Shown here piece after piece: positions 38,071 through 46,897 of a stretch of DNA of 64,000 nt. This DNA comes from a bacterium (lineage in GTDB: Bacteria > Patescibacteriota > UBA1384 > 2-12-FULL-50-11), in contig JAJTYJ010000001.1 of assembly GCA_021463485.1 (NCBI GenBank), positions 139,932 through 203,931 on the forward strand. The letters are read 5' to 3'. The translations under genes and the position numbers were made by a program. Below the pieces are notes generated by a model. That model was not told the origin of the DNA and ran no database searches. It saw nothing but the letters and a program-made list of their open reading frames with translations. Position 1 is the stretch's first letter. Each line of letters starts with the position of its first letter.

Positions 38071-38691
38071 TCAGGTCAACGACTCGGTCGAGATCCGATC
38101 CATGTACTCAGGTATTTTCTGAAAATCGTCAACTAACGTTTGGCGCATCCCGCCGTTGTAGAGAGCGGCAGCTGGATGGTAAAGCGGTAGATACCACTGA
38201 TTATCTTTTCGGATGAGTTGGCCGTGAACCTGGCTTATAGTGAGTGGCTTGCTGTCTAGCGGTAGCTTGTCGCTACTTGTTGCCTGACTATAACCGGGGA
38301 GTAGAGCATTATATGAGTGGCGCCCCAGAAAGCAGATCAATTTCGGCTTAATAATCGCGATCTGTTTAAGTAAGAAAGGTAGTTGAAACTGAATTTCTTC
38401 TGGGAGTGGATCGCGGTTGCCTGGCGGCTGATATTTAATAATGTTAGCGATAAATACATCCTGACGCTCGAGTCCGATTGAGTTAAGCATCTCCTCTAAG
38501 AACTTACCGGCAGCGCCGACAAACGGCCGACCGGTCTCGTTTTCTTTAGCGCCAGGCGCCTCGCCGATAAACATAATCTGGGCGTCTGGGTTTCCTTCCC
38601 CGGGTACCGGGTTCTGATCTGGGTAATACTTGCACCGCTCGCACTCAGCGATTCGTTTTGCGACAGCAAGAAGCGCTTCCTCCTTGGTCAT
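38071..38691 (-). CDS. Uracil-DNA glycosylase, family 4
   Basis: Fe-S cysteines (CERCKYY...), motif A GEAPGAKE and motif B near the C-terminus. Confidence 0.85.
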   Translation of the reverse strand: MTKEEALLAVAKRIAECERCKYYPDQNPVPGEGNPDAQIMFIGEAPGAKENETGRPFVGAAGKFLEEMLNSIGLERQDVFIANIIKYQPPGNRDPLPEEIQFQLPFLLKQIAIIKPKLICFLGRHSYNALLPGYSQATSSDKLPLDSKPLTISQVHGQLIRKDNQWYLPLYHPAAALYNGGMRQTLVDDFQKIPEYMDRISTESLT

Positions 38692-38766
38692 ATCAGGTTA
38701 TGTATACCAGATAAAAGAAAAGGACCCAAGCGCTTGTGCGCGAGGGTCCGATAGAGTTTGGCGAGA

Positions 38767-39750
38767 TCATGCTGCCAGGATTCTTTGGAGAAGGGCGGCT
38801 TCCGGCCGGAACGAGAACAGGATGCCGTTCTCAACAGATTGCGCCACTTCTTTAAGCGTCAATTTGGTCGGTTCGACGCCGGTGGCAGTCAGCGAGCCGT
38901 TCAAGCACATCCCGGTTTCCACCTGGAAGTGCCACTTCGGCATCCCGGAGATCGCCGCCTCTCCAAATAGGCGAGGATCCAGCGGCTCGATGGCGAGCCC
39001 GGCAAGCTTGGCCTCAGCCAGACGAATCCGGCCAACGACGTGCGGCATCAGAGCTGCCAGATCTTGGCGCGTCGGCAGGACCTGAATATTACCGCTGGAG
39101 CGCTCGATAATCAGGATTGAGATTCCTCGACCGTGTTTAGCTGAGCGCGCCACGCTCAGTAACTGATCGTTATCGCTGCGAATCGTAGCGATCCGCAGCT
39201 TTCTGCCGCTTGGCAGCTTAACGACTTGAGTCCTGGCTCTCGCGAGCTCGGGAACTGCGCTAGTGTGAAACCGGCGCTGTGCCCGGAGATGGGTCACAAT
39301 CTCCTCGATCGCCCACTCCAAAACTTTCTGGTCGCTCTGGCCGTCCTGGTACTTTGTTCGCATTGAGTGCGCCAAATCCATCATCGAGCTCCGACCCTGC
39401 AGGTCGTTTGCCTTAATCCAGTTAAGGACGTAGGCAACTTCCGGCCTATTGGCGACGCCGAGCGCCTTAGCGACCAGGGTCGCGCAGGTCTCGTTTTCGG
39501 TGCGGGCAGCAGTGTCGGTGGCGTGCTCGTTGAATCGTCCCGAACCGACGCCGACCTGTAGAATCCCTTGAGCTTCGAGCTCTTTAGGATCTTTGCCTTG
39601 GTAGTTCTGATACCCAGAGTCGATGAAGACAATCTGAGCATCTCGAGAGAGATTGAGTTGGTCGCCGCCGTACTCGCGCAACAGCGCGATCGCGGCGGCT
39701 TCGTCCGGGTGCGGACGACGATGAGTGACGATGTTATTGAATTTTCTCAA
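38767..39750 (-). CDS. GC-rich gene for a putative metal-dependent hydrolase, MYG1/UPF0160-like (tentative); TTG start with a GGAG SD
   Basis: The N-terminus IVTHRRPHPDEAAAIALL parallels the MYG1 pattern THxGxFHxDEALAxxLL; later VGVGSGRFNEH and a C-terminal G-x-x-x-NGSLTATG pattern; ~60% GC. Confidence 0.5.
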   Translation of the reverse strand: MRKFNNIVTHRRPHPDEAAAIALLREYGGDQLNLSRDAQIVFIDSGYQNYQGKDPKELEAQGILQVGVGSGRFNEHATDTAARTENETCATLVAKALGVANRPEVAYVLNWIKANDLQGRSSMMDLAHSMRTKYQDGQSDQKVLEWAIEEIVTHLRAQRRFHTSAVPELARARTQVVKLPSGRKLRIATIRSDNDQLLSVARSAKHGRGISILIIERSSGNIQVLPTRQDLAALMPHVVGRIRLAEAKLAGLAIEPLDPRLFGEAAISGMPKWHFQVETGMCLNGSLTATGVEPTKLTLKEVAQSVENGILFSFRPEAALLQRILAA

Positions 39751-39849
39751 ATACTTCTCCTGTTTCCCTGAATAAAGGGTGCGAATTGGGCGAACTGTAC
39801 CAGAAAAACCTGGAAAAATCCAGGGTTTAAGCTCTTAATCTAGCGGTAA

Positions 39850-41946
39850 TTAAACGCGCACTAACGAGATCCGACCGCGCTCCGGGTCGACGTCCTTAAC
39901 GCGAACCTTCACAGTCTCACCAACCGTCACAACGTCAGAGACGTTTTTAACAAACTGGCCGTTACCGAGTGCCGAGATGTGAATCATTCCGTCACGATTC
40001 GGCGTTAGCTGAACGATCGCACCGATGTCTTTACCGGAGTTGCGATCTTTCATAATCTGAACGACTTCCCCAGTAAACTCTTGACCAACCTCGATCGGCT
40101 TGCCGATACCTTCAACTATCGCTTTTACCTGAGCAGCCACGTCAGCATCCACGGTCGTAATCATTACAATACCGTCGTCGTCGATATCAATAAGCACAAC
40201 GTCTTTACCGCCGAAACTATCGATAATACCGTTGATCGTTTTACCGCCCGGTCCGATTAACTCGCCAATCTTTTCTGGATCGATTTTGGTTGAGATGATT
40301 TTCGGCGCGTACTTAGACAATTCTTTGCGCGGCTCTGAAATTACCTTCAACATTTCTTTCATGATTAGCTCTCGACCCTTCTTGGCGTCAGTAAAGGTTT
40401 GGTGGATCATCTCGGCGGTTAAACCTTTATTCTTTACGTCAAGCTGAATAGCAGTAATACCTTTTTCGGTGGCTGCGATCTTAAAGTCCATCTCGCCAGC
40501 AAAATCCTCGAGTCCCTGTAGATCGGTTAGAACTTGGAAATTATCGTCGGATTCGCTAACTAATCCCATCGCAATACCCGCGACTGGGGCTGTAATCGGC
40601 ACACCTGCGTCCATCAACGCTAATGTCGAGCCACAGGTTGCGGCCATCGAACTCGAGCCGTTCGAACCGAGCGTCTCTGAGACGAGTCGGATCGTGTACG
40701 GGAATACTTCTCGAGGCGGAATAACGGGAACGAGCGCTTTTTCGGCAAGTGCGCCGTGTCCGATCTCGCGGCGATTACCGCCGCCGAGACGCTTAACTTC
40801 GCCGGTTGCGTACGGAGGAAAATTGTAATGGTGGATGTAGCGCTTCTTACCGATCTCTTCGACTGTTTCGACCCACTGCTCTAAACTCGGTGCTCCGAGC
40901 GTAGCGATCGTTAAAGCCTGCGTCTCCCCGCGATTAAATAAACCGGAGCCGTGAACACGGGGAAGTAAACCAACCTCGATCGAAATCGGACGAACCTCAT
41001 CCATCTTGCGACCGTCTGGTCGTTGCTTCTTCTCCAAAATCAGTGATCGGACTGCTTTAAGGAACACAACATCCAACGCTTCCTTAACTAACGATTCTTC
41101 AAATTGTTCCAAAAAATGGGCCGTGGTCTCTTCGGTCAGTTTTAGTAAAAGTTCGTCTCTTTTTTGCAGATCGATTTCTGAAACAACGGACTCCATTTTT
41201 TTATAGGAATAGTCTTTGACAGCGGTCCAGTGTTCGGGTTCAACAAAGTCTACCTTCTCTTTATCTGCTCGGATCAATGCCCGTTGTGGCTCGATCGCTG
41301 CAGCGATCGCTTTCTGAGCAAATGCCAGCGCCTCCTCCATCTTCTCTTCGCCGATTTGGTTTGCTAGTACCTCGATCATGGTGATCTTTTTCTCGGTTCC
41401 AGCTGCAAGTAAGTCGAGCTCACTACTCTCCATCTGCTCGACTGTTGGGTTAAGGACGAAAGATCCGTCAACCAATCCAACCCGAACAGCAGCGATCGGC
41501 CCTTCGAACGGAGCGTCTGTTTGCAGTAACGCTGCCGAGGCACCGATTACCGCAATCGCAGTTGGATCGTGAGACTCGTCGTAGGAAAGTGTTGTAATAA
41601 TTACTTGAACGTCGCGACGGAACCCTTTGGGAAACATCGGTCGGATTGAGCGGTCAACGATGCGACTCTTGAGAATGGCTTCATCGGAAGGTCTACCCTC
41701 GCGCTTCATAAACTTAGAGCTAGAAATTTTACCGGCAGCGTACATTCGCTCTTCGTAATCAACTGTGAGAGGGAAAAAGTCTGTTCCTTCACGCGGTTCT
41801 TTTGCTAGCCCAACCGCAACTAGAATTACCGTCTCGCCGTAAGTAACTAACACGGAACCCGCCGCTTGTTTAGCGAGCTTGCCAGATTCGATTTTTAGTT
41901 CTGTCTCACCAAAGGGGATTGCTGCAGATAAGAGTTTGGCACTCAT
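39850..41946 (-). CDS. pnp: Polyribonucleotide nucleotidyltransferase (PNPase)
   Basis: Two RNase PH domains, KH and S1 domains (FTGEVVQIMKDRNSGKDIGAIVQL...). Confidence 0.95.
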   Translation of the reverse strand: MSAKLLSAAIPFGETELKIESGKLAKQAAGSVLVTYGETVILVAVGLAKEPREGTDFFPLTVDYEERMYAAGKISSSKFMKREGRPSDEAILKSRIVDRSIRPMFPKGFRRDVQVIITTLSYDESHDPTAIAVIGASAALLQTDAPFEGPIAAVRVGLVDGSFVLNPTVEQMESSELDLLAAGTEKKITMIEVLANQIGEEKMEEALAFAQKAIAAAIEPQRALIRADKEKVDFVEPEHWTAVKDYSYKKMESVVSEIDLQKRDELLLKLTEETTAHFLEQFEESLVKEALDVVFLKAVRSLILEKKQRPDGRKMDEVRPISIEVGLLPRVHGSGLFNRGETQALTIATLGAPSLEQWVETVEEIGKKRYIHHYNFPPYATGEVKRLGGGNRREIGHGALAEKALVPVIPPREVFPYTIRLVSETLGSNGSSSMAATCGSTLALMDAGVPITAPVAGIAMGLVSESDDNFQVLTDLQGLEDFAGEMDFKIAATEKGITAIQLDVKNKGLTAEMIHQTFTDAKKGRELIMKEMLKVISEPRKELSKYAPKIISTKIDPEKIGELIGPGGKTINGIIDSFGGKDVVLIDIDDDGIVMITTVDADVAAQVKAIVEGIGKPIEVGQEFTGEVVQIMKDRNSGKDIGAIVQLTPNRDGMIHISALGNGQFVKNVSDVVTVGETVKVRVKDVDPERGRISLVRV

Positions 41947-41951
41947 CGCCG

Positions 41952-42329
41952 TTACTTACGTAGTCCGAGGCTGGCGATTAGTTTTTTATATTGTTCTGGT
42001 TGCTTTCTCTCTAAATAACCAAGAAGGCTGCGACGATGGCTAATCATTTTTAGTAAGCCCATACGAGAGTCGTTGTCTTTTTTGTGAGACGAGAGATGGG
42101 AAGATAATTGAGCGATCTTCTCGCTTAGAACTGCCACCTGTACCTCTGTTGAGCCGGTGTCTTTGGCGTTTCGCTGGAACTTCTTAATTGCGTCGCTCTT
42201 TTTTGATGGTTTTTTAGCAACTTTAGGCTCTGCTTTAGGTTCAACAGCAACAACCTCTTCGGTCTTCTTAGTTTTCTTAGTAGCTTTTTCGACTACCTCA
42301 GGAGTTTCTTTTGTAGTTTTCTTTGGCAT
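41952..42329 (-). CDS. rpsO: 30S ribosomal protein S15 with a Lys-rich N-terminal extension
   Basis: The C-terminal ~85 aa match S15 (GSTEVQVAVLSEKIAQLSSHLSSHKKDNDSRMGLLKMISHRRSLLGYL); the preceding ~40 aa are K/E/T-rich; ATG 42329 is preferred to the ORF-track TTG. Confidence 0.9.
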   Translation of the reverse strand: MPKKTTKETPEVVEKATKKTKKTEEVVAVEPKAEPKVAKKPSKKSDAIKKFQRNAKDTGSTEVQVAVLSEKIAQLSSHLSSHKKDNDSRMGLLKMISHRRSLLGYLERKQPEQYKKLIASLGLRK

Positions 42330-42354
42330 TAGTGATAAAAGTTTACCAAATTTG

Positions 42355-43554
42355 CTACTTCTGTTCAAGGATCGTCTCAGGGAGTATCAGCGAGCCTTTC
42401 GCCGATTTCGATCGAACGAACTCGGTAATCTTGCGAATAATTTGCTCTTCCTGTTGATCGAGCGTGCCGTTAAGCGCGAAACCGGCAGCAGGGACATGGC
42501 CGCCGCCGCCGAAAAGTTTTGCGATCTCAGCAACGTTATAAGAAGGCTTAACTGAGCGTAAGCTTCCGTGAATCTCTTCACCTTTCTCACTTAACAGAAA
42601 AACGAAGTCGACGTTGGCGATACTCTTTAGTAGCTCATCAATAAGACCGCCCTTTGACTCATCTGGATCTGCTCCGACTTCGCGCATCTCGCTCTCTCGA
42701 AGCGTCGCCCAGGCAAATCGGAGTTCACGGTTCTCTTGGATATTTGACAGAATCTTTCCCCAGAGTTTCAACGTGATAAAACGCTTTGTTCGGTAAATCT
42801 TCTCAACGATCTCTTGCTGGCGAGCTCCGGCTGCGATCAACTGCGCGGCGACCGTTAGAGATTTCGGTGTCGTATTCATATTTTGGAAACTATCGGTATC
42901 GGTAATGAGGCCGGTTAGTAAGCAGGTGGCGATATCGGCATCCAGCAGCGTCTCTTGACGACCGAGCGATTCGATAAGTGAAACCAGCATCTCTGCCGTG
43001 GAGGTCGAAGTCATATCGACCCAGTTCACTTTGGCAAAGTACGAATTTGTTGGATGGTGATCGATAGAGATCGTTGGTGTTTCGTATAGTAAATCGGGAA
43101 AATCGGCGAGAATATCTCCCAGCAAGCTCAAATCAGCGGTGTCGAGAACGATAACCAGATCGTACTTAGGTCCGGATCTGGTAATAGTAACGTCTTCCGG
43201 CACCAACGTACCGCGTTGCGGCGAGATAATAATAGTTACCCGATGGTCTTCTGCCGACTTTTTATGGCCGAGTCGCAAATCTTCACCGGTCGAACGCGTA
43301 TCAATTGTAAGTAGTAAGTCGCTGCTGGCTTCAAGCTTCTTTGATAACAAACTCACCCCAGGCAAAAACTCGAGGCTTGGATTTAACCGACCTGAGATGG
43401 CGACATCCGCTGTTTTTTCGATTTTCTTTAGTGCCGCTTGCAGAGCCAGTGCCGAGCCAAGAGCGTCGCCGTCTGGATCTTGGTGGGTCAGGATGAGGAT
43501 ATTCTGCGAGCTGCGGATCAGTTCAACTGCTTGGGCTTTCGGTGTTAATTCCAT
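42355..43554 (-). CDS. nrnA: DHH-family phosphoesterase, NrnA-like (oligoribonuclease / pAp phosphatase)
   Basis: DHH motif ILTHQDPDGDALGS, IDHH and the DHHA1 GGGGH motif; the ORF-track 5' extension was removed because rpsT lies opposite (start = MELTPKA, ATG 43554). Confidence 0.8.
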   Translation of the reverse strand: MELTPKAQAVELIRSSQNILILTHQDPDGDALGSALALQAALKKIEKTADVAISGRLNPSLEFLPGVSLLSKKLEASSDLLLTIDTRSTGEDLRLGHKKSAEDHRVTIIISPQRGTLVPEDVTITRSGPKYDLVIVLDTADLSLLGDILADFPDLLYETPTISIDHHPTNSYFAKVNWVDMTSTSTAEMLVSLIESLGRQETLLDADIATCLLTGLITDTDSFQNMNTTPKSLTVAAQLIAAGARQQEIVEKIYRTKRFITLKLWGKILSNIQENRELRFAWATLRESEMREVGADPDESKGGLIDELLKSIANVDFVFLLSEKGEEIHGSLRSVKPSYNVAEIAKLFGGGGHVPAAGFALNGTLDQQEEQIIRKITEFVRSKSAKGSLILPETILEQK

Positions 43555-43678
43555 CGCGATGCTCCAGGGTTTCTGTCGACTTTCATACTGGGGACAGTAT
43601 ACCGCAAACGCTATGAGGTTCAAGAAGCTAACCGCCGTCTTTACCGAGCAGAATAAATCAGGTACAATTTGCTTCGAA

Positions 43679-43966
43679 ATGCCAATTAGTAATAGCGCCA
43701 AAAAAGCCTTGCGTAGCGCAGAGCGAAAGACATCACTTAATCGGTACCGTAAAGCTCGTCTTAAAGACGCGCTTCGAGTTACGGAAGACAAACAGGTTAA
43801 TACCGCTGTTTCGCTCATCGACAAAGCCGCCAAATGGGGGATTATCCACCCAAACAAGGCAGCTCGGCTAAAATCGCGCCTTTCGAAAAAATTCAGCTCA
43901 ACAAGTACCGCCGAAACAAAGAAAAGCGCGCCCAAAAAACCTAAAACTGCAGCCAAGAAGAAATAA
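43679..43966 (+). CDS. rpsT: 30S ribosomal protein S20
   Basis: MPISNSAKKALRSAERKTSLNRYRKARLK...AAKWGIIHPNKAARLKSRLSKK matches the S20 family. Confidence 0.85.
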   Translation: MPISNSAKKALRSAERKTSLNRYRKARLKDALRVTEDKQVNTAVSLIDKAAKWGIIHPNKAARLKSRLSKKFSSTSTAETKKSAPKKPKTAAKKK

Positions 43967-44004
43967 CGCTCGTCAGAGCGCTTAGTTCGTCGTAGACTAG
44001 TCGT

Positions 44005-44553
44005 ATGGGCGAGTCACGATTTTCCGGATTTTCGATTAATTTATTTAGCTTAATTCGAGCGGCGCTGTTGGTGGTAATCGGCGCAGCGATCTTTGTTGTC
44101 TTTATCGGTTTACCGTTGTTTGTGAGCGGCCAGAGCATGGAACCTAACTTCGAGTCGCGTGAGTTAATTTTCGTTGAGAAGCTAAGTTACGCCAACGACG
44201 GTGAGATTAGACGATTCGACGTCGTCGCTGCCAAGTTTCCAGCCGACCCGGACAAAACCAGACTCATTAAGCGAGTTATCGGTCTACCCGGAGAAACAGT
44301 TCGAGTTAGTAACGGAACGTTTACGATTAATGGCACGCCACTAACCGAACCATACTCGATAACATTAGGCGAGATGCCGTATACGGAGCTTGAAGAGGTT
44401 GAATTAAGAACTGGTGAGTACTTTCTAGCCGGCGATAACCGACCTGGTTCGAGCGACTCAAGGCTCTGGGGAGCGGTGCAGCGAAGCGACATTTTAGGAC
44501 GAGTTTGGGCGATCCTTCTGCCGATGAACAAGGCCCGGGTGCTAGTACGTTAG
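44005..44553 (+). CDS. lepB: Signal peptidase I
   Basis: N-terminal TM, catalytic Ser motif GQSMEP, box KRVIGLPGE, GDNRPGSSDSR. Confidence 0.9.
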   Translation: MGESRFSGFSINLFSLIRAALLVVIGAAIFVVFIGLPLFVSGQSMEPNFESRELIFVEKLSYANDGEIRRFDVVAAKFPADPDKTRLIKRVIGLPGETVRVSNGTFTINGTPLTEPYSITLGEMPYTELEEVELRTGEYFLAGDNRPGSSDSRLWGAVQRSDILGRVWAILLPMNKARVLVR

Positions 44554-46079
44554 CGCGCTGCAGGTTGAGAGCTTGAGGCTAGTATATGAGATAAGTAGCC
44601 AAAAAGCGGGAATACTTTATTAGCAAACTGGTCGATTGTGGCGATATTTGCGGCGACATACCAATTCGGTTGGATAAACGGCAACTCATAAAAGCTCTGT
44701 GTCCATTCTACTTCGACGCCGAAAATAATTGCGTACGGCAGATAGCTTAAGTACTTCTCCTGGCTATGCGAGGCGAAGTTCGCCGGAGCCTTACTGCTAA
44801 GATACCTGCCAAAAGCGAGCCATTTAGCCAATTCACGATCACCAAAAACGGTGCGACTCGGTAGCGATTTCGCGAAGTGGGTAACAAACATCGCTGAGAG
44901 AATCATGCCGATCCAAAAGAACAGAAGACTCGGGATAGCGGTAAATACAAACAAATTACTAAAGAATCCGACCACCCCAAGCAGAAAGAGGAAGATACCA
45001 GCGTATTGGTAGCGTCGATGCAACCGCAGCGGATTGGTATAGAAGAACCCAAGCGCGTTAATTTTTCGGTAGGCAAGAATAAACGATTGACTAACTCGCT
45101 TACTAAAAACCTCTTGAGCTAGCGAGAAACTAACCTCGTCTGAGCTTGCCCGATTCGCAGACGGCCCGAAAATTTGCTCGAGCAGTACCTTCTCGAAGTC
45201 CTCCAGTTTTTCTTGGCTCTCAAGCCGCCGAAATCGATAATCGTCCACCGAGTAGTGGTGAATCGCCAAATGACCGCGACGCGCTAAATCTAATAGCGTC
45301 GCCGCTAGCTCCCTACTTGTGAGCCGACCGCGCAGCAGAATACCGACCAACGCCGGAGCTAAACGGCTCGGCGGGGCAGTCACCTCCTCTTTTAACGGAC
45401 TTACTCGTCTCGATCTGGCGACCGCGAGTACGAGCAATAGTAAGATTGTTAGCGCCGGTAACGCAATTGAGACACTTGTCCAAAGCGCGCTCGGAAGTTC
45501 TGACGCGCGCTCCTGTAGGGCAAAAAGCGCCGATCTCTGAATGAAATTCTTCGGAATCTCAAACTCGATCGCTAGCTGTGACTCTGTACCGACGTCCAGC
45601 GCCGTGAAATATATCACCTGTGATTCGATTAATTCGCTACTAGTACTTAAGGCGCCGCCGTTATTAATAAAACGGTGTCCGATCGTTTCTTCGGTACCAC
45701 TTTCTGGCAACCAAACTGCAGCAGCAATTTCGCTAGTAAACTCGGTTGGTCGGTTCACTACCTGCAATCGGTAACGGTACGTGGTCTCGGTACTAAATAC
45801 TTCTGGCGATTGTTTGGTTTTGCCGAAAATTAACGATCCGTCTTTCGTTAAGGTGTAAAGCAAGAGCGAGTCGCTTTGGAGTCTCGGATCGGCTGGTAGC
45901 ACCGGATCCTCTGCCCGAAGCGCAGAGCTCTGCAGGTAAACTCCGCCGCCAAGAAGCGTTAAACCGATTATTAGGAAAAAACCGGCAGAACGTCGGTACA
46001 GACCGATCTGTCCTAATAACTGAAAAAACCAGTTCGGTTGTTTAACTATGCGTGTATCTCCTCCCATACTTGTTCCCAT
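44550..46079 (-). CDS. Membrane protein (509 aa), hypothetical (DUF2207-like topology)
   Basis: N-terminal TM/signal, large extracytoplasmic domain and a C-terminal cluster of TM helices. Confidence 0.55.
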   Translation of the reverse strand: MGTSMGGDTRIVKQPNWFFQLLGQIGLYRRSAGFFLIIGLTLLGGGVYLQSSALRAEDPVLPADPRLQSDSLLLYTLTKDGSLIFGKTKQSPEVFSTETTYRYRLQVVNRPTEFTSEIAAAVWLPESGTEETIGHRFINNGGALSTSSELIESQVIYFTALDVGTESQLAIEFEIPKNFIQRSALFALQERASELPSALWTSVSIALPALTILLLLVLAVARSRRVSPLKEEVTAPPSRLAPALVGILLRGRLTSRELAATLLDLARRGHLAIHHYSVDDYRFRRLESQEKLEDFEKVLLEQIFGPSANRASSDEVSFSLAQEVFSKRVSQSFILAYRKINALGFFYTNPLRLHRRYQYAGIFLFLLGVVGFFSNLFVFTAIPSLLFFWIGMILSAMFVTHFAKSLPSRTVFGDRELAKWLAFGRYLSSKAPANFASHSQEKYLSYLPYAIIFGVEVEWTQSFYELPFIQPNWYVAANIATIDQFANKVFPLFGYLSHILASSSQPAAR

Positions 46080-46897
46080 TGTAGCCGATAACCTGTCGGA
46101 TCGGGTAGGTAACGTCGTAGAAGCGCGATCGCGTCTTCCTCCTCAACAAGACCAGTTTTTAGCGCCAAATCGAAGTCAGCCAAGAGCTCGACTCTTTGGA
46201 GTCGATCCTCGATATTAGCTCGCGACCGCCGCAACGCCGAGGCGATGGCGCCGATAAGCATCTCGATCGGCTTACCCGAGCGATACTCCTCAACCAGAGC
46301 GTCGGCGACACTGCCCCATCGTTGTTGGTCGACAAAACGGAAAAGGGCAAATCGTTCCAATTCCCGACTATTACCACCCATACTTGACGCCTTCCCACCG
46401 CTAATTCGCGTGAAGATCGCGCTCTCAAGCGCCCACAAATCCGAACCGTTTTCTGCGATTAACTCTTTGTAGACTCCCAGCTCAAACGGCTCCGCACCAA
46501 GTTCTTTAGTAATACTTCGTAGTAGTGCCATTAGTTCGCGCTCATTCGGGTGATTGGCGAGAACTACTTTCGAGGCGCTATTTGCCACCGCCAACAACTG
46601 CTCGCCGAGTTTTTTACCGTCCCAGATCGCCACCACAGTAGTCGGTGGTAAAGCTTCGAGCGTTCGAGCCAGGCCCTCTTGTAGTTCGGCTGAGAGCAAC
46701 CCGGCGCGCTGGATAACAACCAAACGGCTGGAGGCAAAAAGAGGGACAGCCAACAAATCGGCCCAAGAGGTAATGCGCGAATCGCTGTCGAGCTCTAGTA
46801 ACTCTGCGTCGCTGTTTTTTGCTAAATATTTAGCTTTAATTTGCTTGATCGATCGCCTGGCTAAGTACTGGTTCTCGCCCGTTATAAAAATCAGCAT
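46046..46897 (-). CDS. holA: DNA polymerase III delta subunit-like (HolA/YqeN), tentative
   Basis: The N-terminus MLIFITGENQYLARRSIKQIKAKYL resembles the delta-subunit N-domain; ~285 aa; its ATG overlaps the polA TAA (TAATG). Confidence 0.5.
   Translation of the reverse strand: MLIFITGENQYLARRSIKQIKAKYLAKNSDAELLELDSDSRITSWADLLAVPLFASSRLVVIQRAGLLSAELQEGLARTLEALPPTTVVAIWDGKKLGEQLLAVANSASKVVLANHPNERELMALLRSITKELGAEPFELGVYKELIAENGSDLWALESAIFTRISGGKASSMGGNSRELERFALFRFVDQQRWGSVADALVEEYRSGKPIEMLIGAIASALRRSRANIEDRLQRVELLADFDLALKTGLVEEEDAIALLRRYLPDPTGYRLQWEQVWEEIHA

Noticed and set aside
42355-43956. ORF-track 533-aa version of the DHH (nrnA-like) gene
   Set aside because: The 5' 134 codons overlap the rpsT gene on the opposite strand and have no DHH-family similarity. 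The conserved protein begins at MELTPKA (ATG 43554).
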